Shown: piece by piece, positions 63,201 through 64,000 of the stretch
How positions within the stretch are numbered: the first letter of the stretch is position 1
Layout of the letters: each line of letters begins with the position of its first letter
Assembly (NCBI GenBank): GCA_963700375.1
Contig: CAVOXF010000003.1
Location: forward strand, 13,079 to 77,078
DNA length: 64,000 bases
From: an uncultured Actinomycetota bacterium
GTDB lineage: Bacteria; Actinomycetota; Acidimicrobiia; Spongiisociales; UBA5794
Direction: 5' to 3'
Translations under genes and position numbers: made by a program
The notes under the pieces: model-generated
Database searches by the model: none
What the model was told of the DNA's origin: nothing
The model's input: the letters and a program-made list of their open reading frames with translations, nothing else

Positions 63201-63416
63201 CATCTCGAGCATCAACCCGGCGGACCCGACATCCTCGTAGCCCATGACACGCCCGGTGCCCTTGATCGTGTGACCCTCCCGGAGGAGGTCGCCGGCCTCT
63301 TGCGGCGAGACCGCTCCCCCCCGGAGCGCCTGTGCACCCTCGACCAGGCGTGCGGATCGCTCCGTCACCTCGTCGAGGAACATCTTCTGCATTTCTGGAT
63401 CGTTGCTCCAGGCCAC
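60219..63416 (-). CDS. cheA: chemotaxis-type histidine kinase CheA fused to a C-terminal receiver domain (Hpt, acidic repeat linker, dimerisation, HATPase_c, CheW-like, REC)
   Basis: Hpt motif HTIKGTGRVMG, HATPase N/G boxes (VNSAVHG, DDGRGI, GLAVVREAMESLNG), CheW-like domain, REC (VLIVDDS...D...K). Confidence 0.8.
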   Translation of the reverse strand: MAWSNDPEMQKMFLDEVTERSARLVEGAQALRGGAVSPQEAGDLLREGHTIKGTGRVMGYEDVGSAGLMLEMIWRWIQQGEITPSPIFGRILEALSAAIPSSLDDPAELAEAMAAVHEFFEGQELPEELPPVPQVDPVALSGAEQDIAPDFGSDVVLVGEEAVDTTEVVADAPESVESADESSPEQTQSLTIEQQAFDASEPFVEELGKVGAVEVPVDEPASSAHDAFARLAGAGVELGDDGVVEEPVDEPASSAHDAFARLAGAGVDSGEEAAVEELVGESVVSAHDAFARLAGAGVDSGEEAAVEALADKPVVLTFVENESPREAHAEAETSDEEAADAARSAQQAFAELRRSMMQEGAAAEIAAEPADHGDDADTDDPGEVEEGFEATGVSDEAGPLVGVGAEVGAEEETEIAMDDLPFTIAANARATVDEPFSDSDDDPRVVVDEDSADAGGDEREEALGALIEFPVSDDESGVPEVFDDEPASDLAGTAVAASDPGVVALPSNRKPVPRDSSGVDDLGGLVKAVQTWAAEEAIAVNTGRLYELVNHIVTLRMDLEAVKEQLAEFAEVAVADPFFSDRVSAIAQGIEPVSSASELIETKALALAAAPLQDVTNTLPQLGRYLSRKTGKELTVEIVGDDILVDRQVLERLGDAVRQLVVNSAVHGIEDIDTRLGAGKSGTGLIRIEAKQSDVNLEVSVVDDGRGIDWRAIREKGLSLGLLDPSAELAPDALRSLLYQNGFTTRDVADDLAGDGDGLAVVREAMESLNGSLRVESTPKVETRISMVVPVHQAMQNALLVKTGGIMWGIPETGVLDVVDMNLATIAVADHTTVLERIDGDVPFASFADLMGIRSDAVPASIVVATSAAGPVALGVEEVIGIRRVAAKELGAVLADAQAAEVTGAALLGGEQVVLLVDPTRLAERQREVAIEAPAFPAARVLIVDDSVGVQQVVSSALATSGFNTSVAASVADALGALHSGSIDAVVVDFSMPRADGVALAHMVRQRHGDLPIVMLSGVAEGEDVDRAREAGVDAFFDKADFREGGLAEKLRELITLRREKEQTA
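62505..62783 (-). repeat. 3 x 93-bp tandem repeat inside the CheA-like gene, encoding three 31-aa units (...PVDEPASSAHDAFARLAGAGV...)
   Basis: three consecutive 93-nt units with over 85% identity, visible at both DNA and protein level. Confidence 0.85.
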
Positions 63417-63487
63417 GGATGCACCTCAAACTGCGCGCATTGCTGTGCAGCAGGTATCGACCGCCTGCGCAGATCCCTTGAGGACTA

Positions 63488-63625
63488 CGCCACGAACCCA
63501 GGGTTCTCCACCTCGCATTGAGCGCCGACAGCCCGCGGAATGGGTCGGCGTCTCGACCAACCCGATTCTGCGGGCCCACGGCGTCAAATAGAAAGCGGAG
63601 AACCCTGGGTTCGCAGCGTTGGGGT
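63488..63625. repeat. structured intergenic repeat family 1, copy 3 (inverted orientation, left arm slightly truncated)
   Basis: reverse complement aligns with copies at 7029 and 24397, including both terminal arms and inner stem; about 70 bp upstream of the CheA-like start and 40 bp downstream of the guaA stop. Confidence 0.75.
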
Positions 63626-63664
63626 GTCGATGGTCCGCGGAAGAGGGAAATGCCCCGTCGCGGG

Positions 63665-64000
63665 CTACTCCCACTCAATCGTCGAGGGGGGTTTCGACGA
63701 GATGTCGTAGGCCACACGGTTGATCCCGGGGACCTCGTTGATCACGCGAGACGAGATCGCCGCGAGCACGTCATAGGGAAGGCGCGCCCAATCCGCGGTC
63801 ATCGCATCATCTGAGGTGACGGCCCGAAGAATCAGCGGATAGGCGTAGGTTCGGCCGTCGCCCTGAACCCCGACCGAACGGATCGCCGGCAACACTCCGA
63901 AGGTCTGCCACAGCTCGCGATAGAGACCAGCCTTGTGGATCTCCTCGAGCACGATCGCATCGGCATCTCGCAGAATGTCCAGCCGCTCCTTCGTCACATC
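63665..64000 (-). CDS. guaA: GMP synthase (glutamine-hydrolysing) GuaA, C-terminal part (5-prime end outside window)
   Basis: canonical GuaA C-terminus ...[18 protein letters not shown]; ORF open to the window edge. Confidence 0.85.
   Translation of the reverse strand, partial: DVTKERLDILRDADAIVLEEIHKAGLYRELWQTFGVLPAIRSVGVQGDGRTYAYPLILRAVTSDDAMTADWARLPYDVLAAISSRVINEVPGINRVAYDISSKPPSTIEWE

Overview
This window is a high-GC (about 70%) chromosomal segment of an actinobacterium (Actinomycetota), densely packed with core metabolic and cell-envelope genes. I found no rRNA, tRNA, CRISPR array or recognisable IS/transposase gene.

Reading left to right, the window contains:
- a myo-inositol catabolism cluster (iolD, an iolC/iolJ-type fusion, iolB, a Gfo/Idh/MocA dehydrogenase, an SDR, a LacI-type regulator, a second dehydrogenase and an MFS transporter);
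- a frameshifted UPF0182 gene;
- a DivIVA-domain protein carrying a roughly 33-unit Glu-Pro repeat;
- a PDZ/Lon protease, a sortase and bioY;
- a branched-chain amino-acid ABC transporter (livH, livM, substrate-binding protein, livF, livG) plus a fadD-type CoA ligase;
- a HEAT-repeat gene and moaE;
- an htrA, zincin-like metalloprotease and AhpE-like peroxiredoxin group;
- a SenX3/RegX3-like two-component system transcribed divergently from pstSCAB-phoU, followed by an NptA Na/Pi transporter and a second PhoU-like protein;
- an ECF sigma factor, anti-sigma factor and RseB-like operon, then tatA and a whiB-family gene;
- sdhCAB and an SCP2-domain gene, then hup, mdh, icd, folD, purH and an Asp/Glu racemase-family gene, all on the minus strand;
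- sucCD, a stand-alone B12-binding domain protein, a nitronate monooxygenase-family gene and pcrA;
- a large orphan CheA-CheY hybrid kinase;
- the 3-prime end of guaA.

The unusual signals are:
- two families of intergenic structured repeats, each with three copies (family 1 about 130 bp with 21-bp terminal inverted repeats and nested stems; family 2 sharing a roughly 70-nt core);
- single-base frame disruptions in three conserved genes (UPF0182, the RegX3-like regulator and purH), and a HEAT-repeat gene with no canonical start;
- coding tandem repeats in the DivIVA-like gene (18-bp periodicity) and the CheA-like gene (3 x 93 bp);
- structured regulatory or terminator regions (the pst promoter region, the pstS-pstC hairpin, the whiB/sdhC intergenic region, and the segments downstream of sucD and between hup and mdh).
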